Numbered from the stretch's first letter, positions 49,477-57,034 are shown. The stretch: DNA of 64,000 nt from an uncultured Candidatus Saccharibacteria bacterium (GCA_964496425.1 CAZBZO010000005.1:10015-74014), one strand, 5' to 3'. The notes: generated by a model not told the origin, from the sequence alone. Program-made: numbers and translations.

Positions 49477-49703
49477 TTCTGTTTTATGTTGGTAATTTTG
49501 ACCACGTTGCCCATTGCATCATACGTAATCCAATCGGCGATTTGCTTACCGTTTTTAAAATGACCCGAACGCATTTTACTCCCATCTTTCCTAAACCATT
49601 CCCAATAGCCTTCGCATACACCATCTACCATTTTCCCTTTGGCCCACACGCTTCCGTCTTTGTGGTAGATGGTATGTTGTTTTGCTGGTGTTTTCTTAAG
49701 CAT
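49473..49703 (-). CDS. Small MORN-variant repeat protein
   Basis: YHKDGSVWAKG..GYWEWFRKDGSKMRSGHF..WITYD. Confidence 0.75.
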   Translation of the reverse strand: MLKKTPAKQHTIYHKDGSVWAKGKMVDGVCEGYWEWFRKDGSKMRSGHFKNGKQIADWITYDAMGNVVKITNIKQK

Positions 49704-49774
49704 GTAAATGTATTTTAGCGCATTTGTATTCATCGGTATAGATCTTTACAGTAATAGTTGTATACTGAAGATAT

Positions 49775-50212
49775 ATGAAACACATTACTTTTTTATTACT
49801 ACGTTTTGGTATGGCCTTCATCTTTTTGTGGGCATTTTTTGATAAAACGTTTGGGCTTGGTTTTGCGACGACAGCCGATAAAGCGTGGATCAATGGCGGG
49901 TCGCCGACAACAGGGTTTCTTATGCATGGAACACATGGGCCTTTGGCCGTGGTATTTCAGTCGCTTGCAGGACTTCAAATTGTAGACTGGCTCTTTATGC
50001 TCGGTCTCCTCTTTGTCGGCCTAACACTCTTAACCAATAAATTTGTAAAATGGGGGAGTATCGCTGGTTCAGCCATGCTCTTTTTAATGTATCTTGCGGT
50101 CCTGCCGCCAGAAAACAACCCTCTGATTGATGATCATATTATATATATATTGGTCTTATGTTTACTCGCTGTAAAATCTTCACCCGAGAACAATGAGCAA
50201 AGCATATCTTGA
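49775..50212 (+). CDS. DoxX/TQO-family membrane protein
   Basis: FLWAFFDKTFGLGF, GGSPT.GFL and NPLIDDH motifs. Confidence 0.85.
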   Translation: MKHITFLLLRFGMAFIFLWAFFDKTFGLGFATTADKAWINGGSPTTGFLMHGTHGPLAVVFQSLAGLQIVDWLFMLGLLFVGLTLLTNKFVKWGSIAGSAMLFLMYLAVLPPENNPLIDDHIIYILVLCLLAVKSSPENNEQSIS

Positions 50213-50570
50213 GGTACTAGGTACGATCCTCTTCGTCACATTTGCAACTATTGCGGCGTATAGCCAACTAGCGGAAGTTGCATTCTTTTGGAATGAACAA
50301 CTTGCATGGAGCATCGCGCTTATTTTATGCTGGGCAGTTGTTTCGGCTGGGTATTTTCATCAAGGACTCATCATTCGCAAAGCGCGAAGTGCAACACATG
50401 TCTCAATCATTCTTCCGATCGCAGTATTCATCGTGCAGTGCATCTTGTTTGTGAAAGGCATCTACTACAAAGATTTCTCATTGATACTTGGCGCCGTCAT
50501 GGTGAATTGCGGTGTGACATTCAATCTCTATCAAATTTTTAAATTTAAAAGTAGAAGTTCCTCGTCATAA
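50193..50570 (+). CDS. Small membrane protein
   Basis: Four hydrophobic segments. Confidence 0.65.
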   Translation: MSKAYLEVLGTILFVTFATIAAYSQLAEVAFFWNEQLAWSIALILCWAVVSAGYFHQGLIIRKARSATHVSIILPIAVFIVQCILFVKGIYYKDFSLILGAVMVNCGVTFNLYQIFKFKSRSSSS

Positions 50571-50644
50571 ACACCCTTACACCTATTGGGTAAGCCGTTA
50601 TATTTATATCCCACATCTTCTACCTACGAACGTTGTAGGATTCT

Positions 50645-51061
50645 CTATTGTGTTTCTGTGTACGTTTTGAAATTGTCTAGTATGGATTGCCAACCAGCGC
50701 GCTGCACTTCGATCGGGTTTTCATTCTCGGGATCAAATGTTTCGATAATCTTTATACCCTCTGGTGTATTCATGAATTCTATTTTGACATGCCGCTGGTC
50801 TGCATCCATATCATATTCAATGAGTGCATGTTCTATGACATCGGTATATGTTCCCGTAAAATCAAATCCGGCCGATCCATCTTTAGCTTCCATGCGGGTC
50901 ATAAATTTTCCACCGACCCGTACATCGTTTTCGGCGCGCGGTGCATGCCAAAGAGGGGAGGCGTTACACCACTTGGCGATATGCTCTGGGTTTATCCAAT
51001 ACCGCCAAATCTTTTCAATTGGTGCATTGACTGAGGTTTCTACTGTGATTTTTTCTGCCAT
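50645..51061 (-). CDS. SRPBCC/AHSA1 family protein
   Basis: RMEAKDGSAGFDF and QRAGWQSILDNFK motifs. Confidence 0.92.
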   Translation of the reverse strand: MAEKITVETSVNAPIEKIWRYWINPEHIAKWCNASPLWHAPRAENDVRVGGKFMTRMEAKDGSAGFDFTGTYTDVIEHALIEYDMDADQRHVKIEFMNTPEGIKIIETFDPENENPIEVQRAGWQSILDNFKTYTETQ

Positions 51062-51063
51062 AG

Positions 51064-51453
51064 CTATGCTTTCGGGACATCACTTACAAACACAGGATGA
51101 AGCTTGTGATATGAAGTGTAGGAGAGGACAAGGATGACCAGGGCGACGACCGGCAAAGCCAGTGCGCCGGAGAAGCCGCCAACTACCCAAATACTTATAA
51201 ACGCACAGATAAAATCGAAACCAAATCCAGCATATGCCCATTCTTTTACGCGTGGAGGTACCTGAGGAATAATGAGGGCAAGGGAACCAAGCACTTTAAA
51301 TGCGACAATAATTGTTACAAAGTAGAGGGGATAGCCGAGACCGGTAATACCCGCAACCGACATTTCACTGTGTCCAGTAAGCGCTGACATCACACCTTCG
51401 AGTAAAAAAATGAGCCCTGTAAACACCCAAAAAATTATTTTGTATTTTTTCAT
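51064..51453 (-). CDS. DoxX-like family protein
   Basis: LGYPLYF, KVLG and KEWAYAGF motifs. Confidence 0.9.
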   Translation of the reverse strand: MKKYKIIFWVFTGLIFLLEGVMSALTGHSEMSVAGITGLGYPLYFVTIIVAFKVLGSLALIIPQVPPRVKEWAYAGFGFDFICAFISIWVVGGFSGALALPVVALVILVLSYTSYHKLHPVFVSDVPKA

Positions 51454-51522
51454 ATGTCGAAATAATACCCTGGGTTAGGATTTTTTACAAGGCGGAAACT
51501 ATAATATAGAAAGAAGTCGGGG

Positions 51523-51732
51523 CTATAATTTGCCGTTGAGGTACTTACTGGCGACGCTAAGAGCAAATGACGGTAGGATGATAAATACAGTGGCAAAGAG
51601 AAGGCGAATCAGCATTTCGCTTATAGGTGTATCTGGCGTGTCCGGCCCTCCTGCTGTCAAAACAATCAAGATCCCAACGATTCCAAAGGCAATGGATGAG
51701 TAAATAAAAACTTTTGTGGCTATTTTTTGCAT
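51523..51732 (-). CDS. Small 2-TM hypothetical protein
   Basis: 69 aa, ending FIILPSFALSVASKYL. Confidence 0.65.
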   Translation of the reverse strand: MQKIATKVFIYSSIAFGIVGILIVLTAGGPDTPDTPISEMLIRLLFATVFIILPSFALSVASKYLNGKL

Positions 51733-51769
51733 AATTCTATAGATATCAATTAATACTATTATTCACTCA

Positions 51770-52159
51770 TTAGGCTTCGACGATCGATTGAAATCCTCCA
51801 ACTGCGAATCGCTTCATATCAAATGGCATAGGCATGTTTTCATATTTCTTTTTATTTTCAGGACTATCCATTTCTTTCATGACTTTTTTATTGACTTCGT
51901 CGCGGTGTTTGCGGGATTTATACACGATCCATGAAAAGGCTACGGTCTCTCCAGGTTTGAGCTTAGCAAGCTTGCCGAACCCTTGCCCCATTCCTTTTTG
52001 CACTTTCAAATCGTCCCCGATGGATTCATAGTATTCAAGCGCGCCGTATTTCATCCATGTCTTTGCTCCCCACTCTGCCATTTTCTTGTATGCAGCGACA
52101 TCTTTCTTTTTAAGTGGTATCACAAACCCATCTACGTATTTTTTACTATTTGTTTTCAT
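51770..52159 (-). CDS. DUF1428 (YbaA-like) protein
   Basis: YVDGFV, GALEY, FSWIVYKSR.HRD.VN and MPFDMKR..GGF motifs. Confidence 0.92.
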   Translation of the reverse strand: MKTNSKKYVDGFVIPLKKKDVAAYKKMAEWGAKTWMKYGALEYYESIGDDLKVQKGMGQGFGKLAKLKPGETVAFSWIVYKSRKHRDEVNKKVMKEMDSPENKKKYENMPMPFDMKRFAVGGFQSIVEA

Positions 52160-52269
52160 ATATAGTTTGAATAAATGATTAACTTTTTAATATATGACTT
52201 ATTTTATCATTAAATTATATTTTGTATATTGCCAGAGTTATACTCCAAAAGATTTGGTACAATGAGTAT

Positions 52270-52566
52270 ATGGTCAATACGCCACACAAGATGCCGGAGG
52301 ATTTGCGAAGGGCTATTGCTTCTTCCCCAAAGGCGACTGTAGTGTGGCAAGATATCACACCCCTTGCTCGCAATGAATGGATCTGCTGGGTGATTTCCGG
52401 TATGAAAGCAGAGACGCGAAGTATTCGCATCAAGAAAGCTCTCTCAAAACTTAGTAGCGGCATGCGTCGCCCGTGTTGTTGGATAGGATGTGTGCATCGG
52501 ACGGATAAGCCAATCAGCTCATCGCAAAAGTACATACTCGGTAAACTCTCCAAAAAGAGACCGTAA
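52270..52566 (+). CDS. YdeI/OmpD-associated family protein
   Basis: ITPLARNEWICWV and RRPCCWIGC motifs. Start moved to MVNTPH. Confidence 0.85.
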   Translation: MVNTPHKMPEDLRRAIASSPKATVVWQDITPLARNEWICWVISGMKAETRSIRIKKALSKLSSGMRRPCCWIGCVHRTDKPISSSQKYILGKLSKKRP

Positions 52567-52592
52567 ACAGTAACTTCGTTACTTTACGGATT

Positions 52593-52892
52593 TTACCAAA
52601 CTTTATAGATTTCTCTCGAACCGGATACATACATATCATTCATATCCTTAAACTTATCCATCATCGCTTTTTCTTCAGCGCTTTGGTTTTCCATCATGTT
52701 CTTTATATCCTCTTCATACGCAGCGAGAGAAGCGTGATTGGTGGCAATGATGACTCTATGGAATTGCCCCGTCATGTCAGTCATGACATAGGTATTCTTT
52801 TCAGGCTTAATATCTGCCCATTCCTTAAAAAGCTTCGCCATCTTTGAAGCATTACCTGGCTTACAAACAAAAATATCGTGTACGATTATCAT
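52593..52892 (-). CDS. NIPSNAP-like dimeric alpha/beta barrel protein
   Basis: F.CKPG.A, TDMTG and SGSREIY motifs. Confidence 0.65.
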   Translation of the reverse strand: MIIVHDIFVCKPGNASKMAKLFKEWADIKPEKNTYVMTDMTGQFHRVIIATNHASLAAYEEDIKNMMENQSAEEKAMMDKFKDMNDMYVSGSREIYKVW

Positions 52893-53011
52893 AGATTTTT
52901 ACTCTAATTATCTTAGCTTTTAATCTCCTGGATTCATTATAGCTGTTTTAAAACTGTTAGCCTATCTTGTGATAGTGCTCTAAACGCCAAGCAGGGAGAT
53001 AACTTTTGATT

Positions 53012-53386
53012 TTATTTCTTACTGCGCTTCAAGTAGTCGATGATCCCCCATATTTCAAGACAAAGAGCAATACTCCCTACAATGACCGGAATATACCAAT
53101 ACATGGTGCCATGCCAGGCATAGACATAGAGTTGGGCGAGGAAAAAACCGGCGTAGTCGACAATGACGTCACTCACACGGTTGGCAGCTTGTTCATGAAT
53201 TTCGGCAAAATACTCAAAAATTTCCCAAGTAGTAAACATTCCAACCGCGATGGCGCAGGCGAGGTATGGAGTGAGATGAAAATATAGAAATGCGCCACCG
53301 ATGGCGAAGCATGCAAAAAAGTGCACAAGTGACCAAAGGTCAATAAATTCTCTTTCTTTCCAAGGACCTGTTGTGGTTTCTGACAT
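53012..53386 (-). CDS. Membrane protein
   Basis: DLWSLVHF, WEIFE and E...N...D motifs, four TM segments. Confidence 0.7.
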   Translation of the reverse strand: MSETTTGPWKEREFIDLWSLVHFFACFAIGGAFLYFHLTPYLACAIAVGMFTTWEIFEYFAEIHEQAANRVSDVIVDYAGFFLAQLYVYAWHGTMYWYIPVIVGSIALCLEIWGIIDYLKRSKK

Positions 53387-53408
53387 AATTTTATTGTATA
53401 ACTTTTTA

Positions 53409-53450
53409 CCTCGAATTTGGGAAAATATTAGTATGGTTATACTTTCTTGA
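53409..53450 (+). repeat. Degenerate att/integrase-tail junction R4
   Basis: Reads PRIWENISMVILS*, in register with LRTWDDVRKAILE. Confidence 0.45.
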
Positions 53451-53838
53451 TAATATAATTATTTCCGTCTGAATAACCCTCGATCACTTTCACTTCTTCT
53501 TCGTCAAAATATTCTATGGCATTAGAAGCTATGGCTTTTTCAAATAGTATCTTTGAGTAGAGCGGGGGAGCATTATCTGCTCGAGATAGAGTGATGTGAG
53601 GGTATGTATTCTTTGATTTCGAGTTCTCGACAAGTAGGTCATCTCCCCATTCATCATACGCACGTCCGATTATTTTTATACTATATTCTTTTCCTATTTC
53701 TATTCCATCTAAACTATGTGGTTCAAATTCGATTGTCGAATGATGTCCAAAAATTTTCTCGTGTTTAGGAGGGAATCTTTTCAATAAATCCTCTCTGTCT
53801 TTTACAAAGAGAGCGGTAAATTTTATTCCTTTCTCCAT
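53437..53838 (-). CDS. 2H phosphoesterase-like protein
   Basis: Two HxT motifs: GHHSTIEF and YPHITLS. Confidence 0.7.
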   Translation of the reverse strand: MEKGIKFTALFVKDREDLLKRFPPKHEKIFGHHSTIEFEPHSLDGIEIGKEYSIKIIGRAYDEWGDDLLVENSKSKNTYPHITLSRADNAPPLYSKILFEKAIASNAIEYFDEEEVKVIEGYSDGNNYIIKKV

Positions 53839-53912
53839 ATTTTATATTATACACAAAAATAATTTAGGTTCGAACTTCCTAAGGAGGCAAGTTTAGAATT
53901 CATAAAAGAAAA

Positions 53913-53954
53913 AATCCACCTAGTAGTAGATTTTTTTCTACCACGAAGTGGATT
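53913..53954 (-). terminator. Intrinsic terminator
   Basis: AATCCAC..GTGGATT stem with the T-tract on the minus strand. Confidence 0.6.
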
Positions 53955-53959
53955 AGTTT

Positions 53960-54163
53960 TTATTGATTCATCCAGTAGGAAATTTTTCCCCACCAGGTCA
54001 ATTCTGATCTATGTTTTTTCCAAAGGAAATCCAGTAGCCCCAGAATTGAATTGACTTTCGTTTCGGGCATTACTTTTTCGCCCGTTGACAAGGTTAAATT
54101 CATTAACTCACCTGTCTGTTTCGACCAGGTGGCTTGTGATTTGTAGTCAGCAAACATGTTCAT
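53960..54163 (-). CDS. Small orphan protein
   Basis: 67 aa with its own promoter, structured leader and terminator. Confidence 0.6.
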   Translation of the reverse strand: MNMFADYKSQATWSKQTGELMNLTLSTGEKVMPETKVNSILGLLDFLWKKHRSELTWWGKISYWMNQ

Positions 54164-54318
54164 TTTTGGTTATTTTATTGTGAGTAAAAATTATTTATTA
54201 AGTTCTCTCAATCTCCATAAAGAAACTGGGAGAACCTAATAAAAACTAACAATAAAATCCAAATATCAAAGAACTACACAACTCTTTACATTATAGCATA
54301 ATAGGACCTATTTGTCAA
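54164..54318 (-). promoter_or_regulatory. Consensus promoter, boxA-like motif and long leader hairpin
   Basis: TTGACA(54313-18)-17-TATAAT(54290-95), GTTCTTTGA(54266-74), then a hairpin running to the ATG. Confidence 0.7.
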
Positions 54319-54321
54319 ATG

Positions 54322-54372
54322 TTGCTCCGAACTTGGGATGATGCTCGAAAGAGTATTCTAGAGATAAAATAA
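54322..54372 (+). repeat. att/integrase-tail junction R3
   Basis: GCTCCGAACTTGGGATGATGCTCGAAAG, reading LLRTWDDARKSILEIK*. Confidence 0.8.
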
Positions 54373-54386
54373 GATCAATAAAGTAT

Positions 54387-54815
54387 TTATTTTCCGGGAG
54401 AAAATTCGATTATCCACTCAATACCGTATTTATCTCTAAACATCCCCGCATAGGTACCCCACGGACTATCGCCCATAGGTCCTTCCATTTCTCCTCCAGC
54501 CGAAAGACCATTGAATAACCTATCAGCTTCTTCTTTGCTTTCTGTGCTTATCACAATTTTACTTCGGTTTTCATTCTCATTTACTTTCCCCATAAACTCA
54601 GGCACGTCGTTGGCTATCAGTATATTATCTTTACTAATAGGCAAAGCAATATGCATTATTTTATTTTCTTCCTTCTCTGCCACTGGGAATTCAGTGCTCG
54701 CCAGATCTTTGAAACGTATAATTTTTGTAAACTCACCGCCAAAAACTGATTTGTAAAAGGTGAGTGCTTCTTCGGCATTACCGTTGAAGTTAATCCAAGG
54801 ATTTATTGTTGTCAT
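54387..54815 (-). CDS. VOC/PhnB family protein
   Basis: INPWINFNGNAEEA, IMHIAL and WG.YAGMFRDKYGIEW motifs. Confidence 0.92.
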   Translation of the reverse strand: MTTINPWINFNGNAEEALTFYKSVFGGEFTKIIRFKDLASTEFPVAEKEENKIMHIALPISKDNILIANDVPEFMGKVNENENRSKIVISTESKEEADRLFNGLSAGGEMEGPMGDSPWGTYAGMFRDKYGIEWIIEFSPGK

Positions 54816-54860
54816 AATTTAAGGGTAGCAAATTAAAGGAGTTTGATAAAGCGGTTGATT

Positions 54861-54908
54861 TGGCTCCGAACTTGGGATGAAGTTCGAAATGCAATTTTGA
54901 ATAATTAA
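54861..54908 (+). repeat. att/integrase-tail junction R2
   Basis: TGGCTCCGAACTTGGGATGAAGTTCGAAAT, reading WLRTWDEVRNAILNN*. The first 8 nt are identical to the tRNA 3' end including CCA. Confidence 0.8.
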
Positions 54909-54916
54909 ACAAAAGA

Positions 54917-54945
54917 AAATCCGCAGTCTTGATAACTACGGATTT
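54917..54945 (-). terminator. Intrinsic terminator
   Basis: AAATCCG.AGT/ACT.CGGATTT, with the G-U pair and T-tract on the minus strand. Confidence 0.7.
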
Positions 54946-54972
54946 ATTCTAGAGAATTAATTCTTCTGTCTT

Positions 54973-55473
54973 TTAATCAAAATACGCTATACGATAGAAT
55001 AAGTGATTTTCTTTAAAGATGTGAATGAGCTGAGATGCTACTACCTGCCATTGTTTTGTATCGGCTTTCCAATGAAAGCTAAATTGTAAAACATAACCAG
55101 GATCATTAGGAGCTTCCATGTTCCCGATGATATGCGTTCCAGTTTCAAGAGATACTTTGCCAGGTTGTCCATCCATTTGATTCTCTAACAATTGTAGAAT
55201 TCTTTCCACAATTGTGTTTGCTGAATCTAAATATTCGCAACACAATAACGCAGAAATCCCTTTATGATCTGTACCATCTACAACCAAATCCTCAACAAGG
55301 ATTTCGTTATCAGTTTTTTCATCGGTAATCAGTTGTTCAATTTCCCAGACACGTGTTAGAAGGAATCTTTCATCACTTAATGCTTTTCTACGATTCTCAC
55401 GTGCTAGCCCCTTAATGAAGTATGTGTTGAGAAGCTGGCAGCCCGTATGTCTTTTTTGATTTAAGTTTTGCAT
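54973..55473 (-). CDS. Orphan protein
   Basis: 166-aa ORF with its own promoter, leader and terminator. Confidence 0.7.
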   Translation of the reverse strand: MQNLNQKRHTGCQLLNTYFIKGLARENRRKALSDERFLLTRVWEIEQLITDEKTDNEILVEDLVVDGTDHKGISALLCCEYLDSANTIVERILQLLENQMDGQPGKVSLETGTHIIGNMEAPNDPGYVLQFSFHWKADTKQWQVVASQLIHIFKENHLFYRIAYFD

Positions 55474-55618
55474 GGTTTTTTATTTAAAATGAGATTATTG
55501 AGTTGTCTCTAATCCCAAGCAGGGAACAGGGAAAACCCAACAAATCAACAATAAATAACCAAATATTTCAAAGGACTATTACTGAGAAAATAATAGCATA
55601 AAATATACAAAAAGTCAA
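55474..55618 (-). promoter_or_regulatory. Promoter, boxA-like motif and long leader hairpin
   Basis: TTGACT(55613-18)-17-TATTAT(55590-95), GTCCTTTGA(55568-76), then a hairpin running to the ATG. Confidence 0.65.
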
Positions 55619-55619
55619 A

Positions 55620-55706
55620 TGCTCCGCGGATAGGAATTTCTCGGCTTACTGCCGCAGGTACTTTTCAATCTCGCAAGCTCGATAATGAAAAGTCTTTCGA
55701 ATCCTA
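55620..55706 (-). pseudogene. tRNA-Asn 3' fragment interrupted by a ~60-nt hairpin insert
   Basis: GCTCCGCGGATAGGA [insert] TTCGAATCCTA versus the tRNA GCTCCGCGGGTAGGA TTCGAACCTA. Confidence 0.65.
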
Positions 55707-55745
55707 ACGCGAGTGAAGTAGTTCACTCGCTCCCGCAGGAGAGGT

Positions 55746-55788
55746 CATCAAAACAAAAACACCCGCAAGGGTGCTTTGTTTTGTGATG
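55746..55788. terminator. Terminator-like hairpin adjoining junction R1
   Basis: CATCAAAACAAAAACACCC-gcaa-GGGTGCTTTGTTTTGTGATG. Confidence 0.7.
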
Positions 55789-55845
55789 CTCCGAACCTGG
55801 GATGATGTTCGGAAGGCTATTCTTGAAAGTGGAAGGCAGTTTTGA
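55786..55845 (+). repeat. att/integrase-tail junction R1
   Basis: GCTCCGAACCTGGGATGATGTTCGGAAG, reading MLRTWDDVRKAILESGRQF*. Confidence 0.8.
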
Positions 55846-55953
55846 GCTTGGAAATAAGGTCTTTAGGAGAAGGATACTCAATAGACCCGCTAACTTTTCA
55901 TATTTATTTTATTGAGTCAAAACCTATGCGCGAATGAGTGGGAAATGTTATAG

Positions 55954-56484
55954 TTAGTCTTTTAAAACCCCTAAATCTTTTAGGATAAAATTTGCCATTT
56001 GTTCAATACTCAATACCCCCGAATCAAAGGTAGTATTACTTTGATGTATATTCTTGTTATATGTCTCTGAGAACTTATCTAGGGTTTCTTGCGATGGTAT
56101 CGGCTTATTCTCCTTGTAAGCCCTTTTCGTAATTCTTTCCTTCCGAATATCTTCATGAATTTCCACCCTATATAAGAAAAAATCTACACAATACTTTTCT
56201 GCAATTTCTTTATATTTATCCACTTCTTCATTGGTCATATTTTTATCTACAATAACAGAAATATTATTTTTAAAATATTCTTTGGTCATAGCGTAAGTAA
56301 CATTTACACTTGTTTGTTTGTGTGAATACACTTCTTTGAATTGAGAAACAAAGCTCTTAATATTATCGTAAGCCACATGAGCTGTGTTAGCTAATTGATT
56401 TTTCAAAAACTCAGCAAGGGTGGTCTTGCCCGCCCCTGAGGTACCTATTATAACAACCATAAACATCTTGTCTCTTCTATACAT
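55954..56484 (-). CDS. P-loop kinase / AAA_33-like protein
   Basis: GTSGAGKTT and ERITKR motifs, AT-rich. Start probably MYRRDK or MFMVV. Confidence 0.8.
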   Translation of the reverse strand: MYRRDKMFMVVIIGTSGAGKTTLAEFLKNQLANTAHVAYDNIKSFVSQFKEVYSHKQTSVNVTYAMTKEYFKNNISVIVDKNMTNEEVDKYKEIAEKYCVDFFLYRVEIHEDIRKERITKRAYKENKPIPSQETLDKFSETYNKNIHQSNTTFDSGVLSIEQMANFILKDLGVLKD

Positions 56485-56557
56485 AGCGAAAGTATACTTC
56501 ATGAGAAATGAAAATACCATCCAGCATTTGGATGTATCAGAGGCGTCTGTTCCTTCT

Positions 56558-56632
56558 TGGCTCCGCGGGTAGGATTCGAACCTACGACCAATCGCTTAAC
56601 AGGCGACCGCTCTACCACTGAGCTACCGCGGA
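56558..56632 (-). tRNA. tRNA-Asn(GTT), CCA encoded
   Basis: TCCGCGG TAGCTCAGTGGTAGAGC GGTCGC CTGTTAA GCGAT TGGTC GTAGG TTCGAAT CCTAC CCGCGGA G CCA. Confidence 0.97.
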
Positions 56633-56871
56633 ATAATATTATTCTGTTTGATAAATCTTCTCCCAGCTGCGCTCTTCAGGTATCTTTCCCTTTTGCGCGC
56701 TGTTTGAAGGTTTTCAAACTCTTCTGTGTATACCACAACCCATGGAATGTACCGTCTCGTAAAAGTATTCTTGCCACTGTTATGTTCTTGAAGTCGACGA
56801 TTGATATCAGTTGTACTGCCAACATATGTTATCAACCTTGATTCACTTTTCAGAATATACACAGTTGCCAT
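56623..56871 (-). CDS. Small GIY-YIG nuclease family protein
   Basis: VYILKS, TYVGST, RRLQEHNSG and ARKRERYLKS..GR motifs. The stop codon lies inside the tRNA 5' end. Confidence 0.92.
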   Translation of the reverse strand: MATVYILKSESRLITYVGSTTDINRRLQEHNSGKNTFTRRYIPWVVVYTEEFENLQTARKRERYLKSAAGRRFIKQNNIIPR

Positions 56872-56874
56872 AAC

Positions 56875-56929
56875 GAGCTACCTGCCTCGACTTGCTGGCG
56901 CAAGCCCAGACAAGGCGGGCCGCGGAATA
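56875..56929 (-). repeat. Duplicate of the tRNA 5' end, split by a 39-nt REP-like hairpin
   Basis: GAGCTA[CCTGCCT...AGGCGGG]CCGCGGAATA versus 56620-56635 GAGCTACCGCGGAATA. Confidence 0.75.
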
Positions 56930-56956
56930 CTATTCTTTCACTTGCAGAACCCACGA

Positions 56957-56985
56957 ATCGTAACAAAAATAGCCTTAAAATGCAA
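56957..56985 (-). promoter_or_regulatory. Probable tRNA promoter
   Basis: TTGCAT-17-TACGAT with TG extension. Confidence 0.6.
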
Positions 56986-57034
56986 TTTGTGCTATTTCCG
57001 ATGACTTACCGTAATTTGCTATACTAGGGGCACT

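Noticed and set aside
55620-55706. Second, intron-containing tRNA gene
   Set aside because: Only the T-arm and 3' acceptor strand are present, with no D-arm or anticodon arm.
53409-55845. CRISPR array or classical integron attC sites
   Set aside because: Repeats are 500-1500 bp apart, lack RYYYAAC/GTTRRRY boxes, match the tRNA end, and no cas or intI gene is present.
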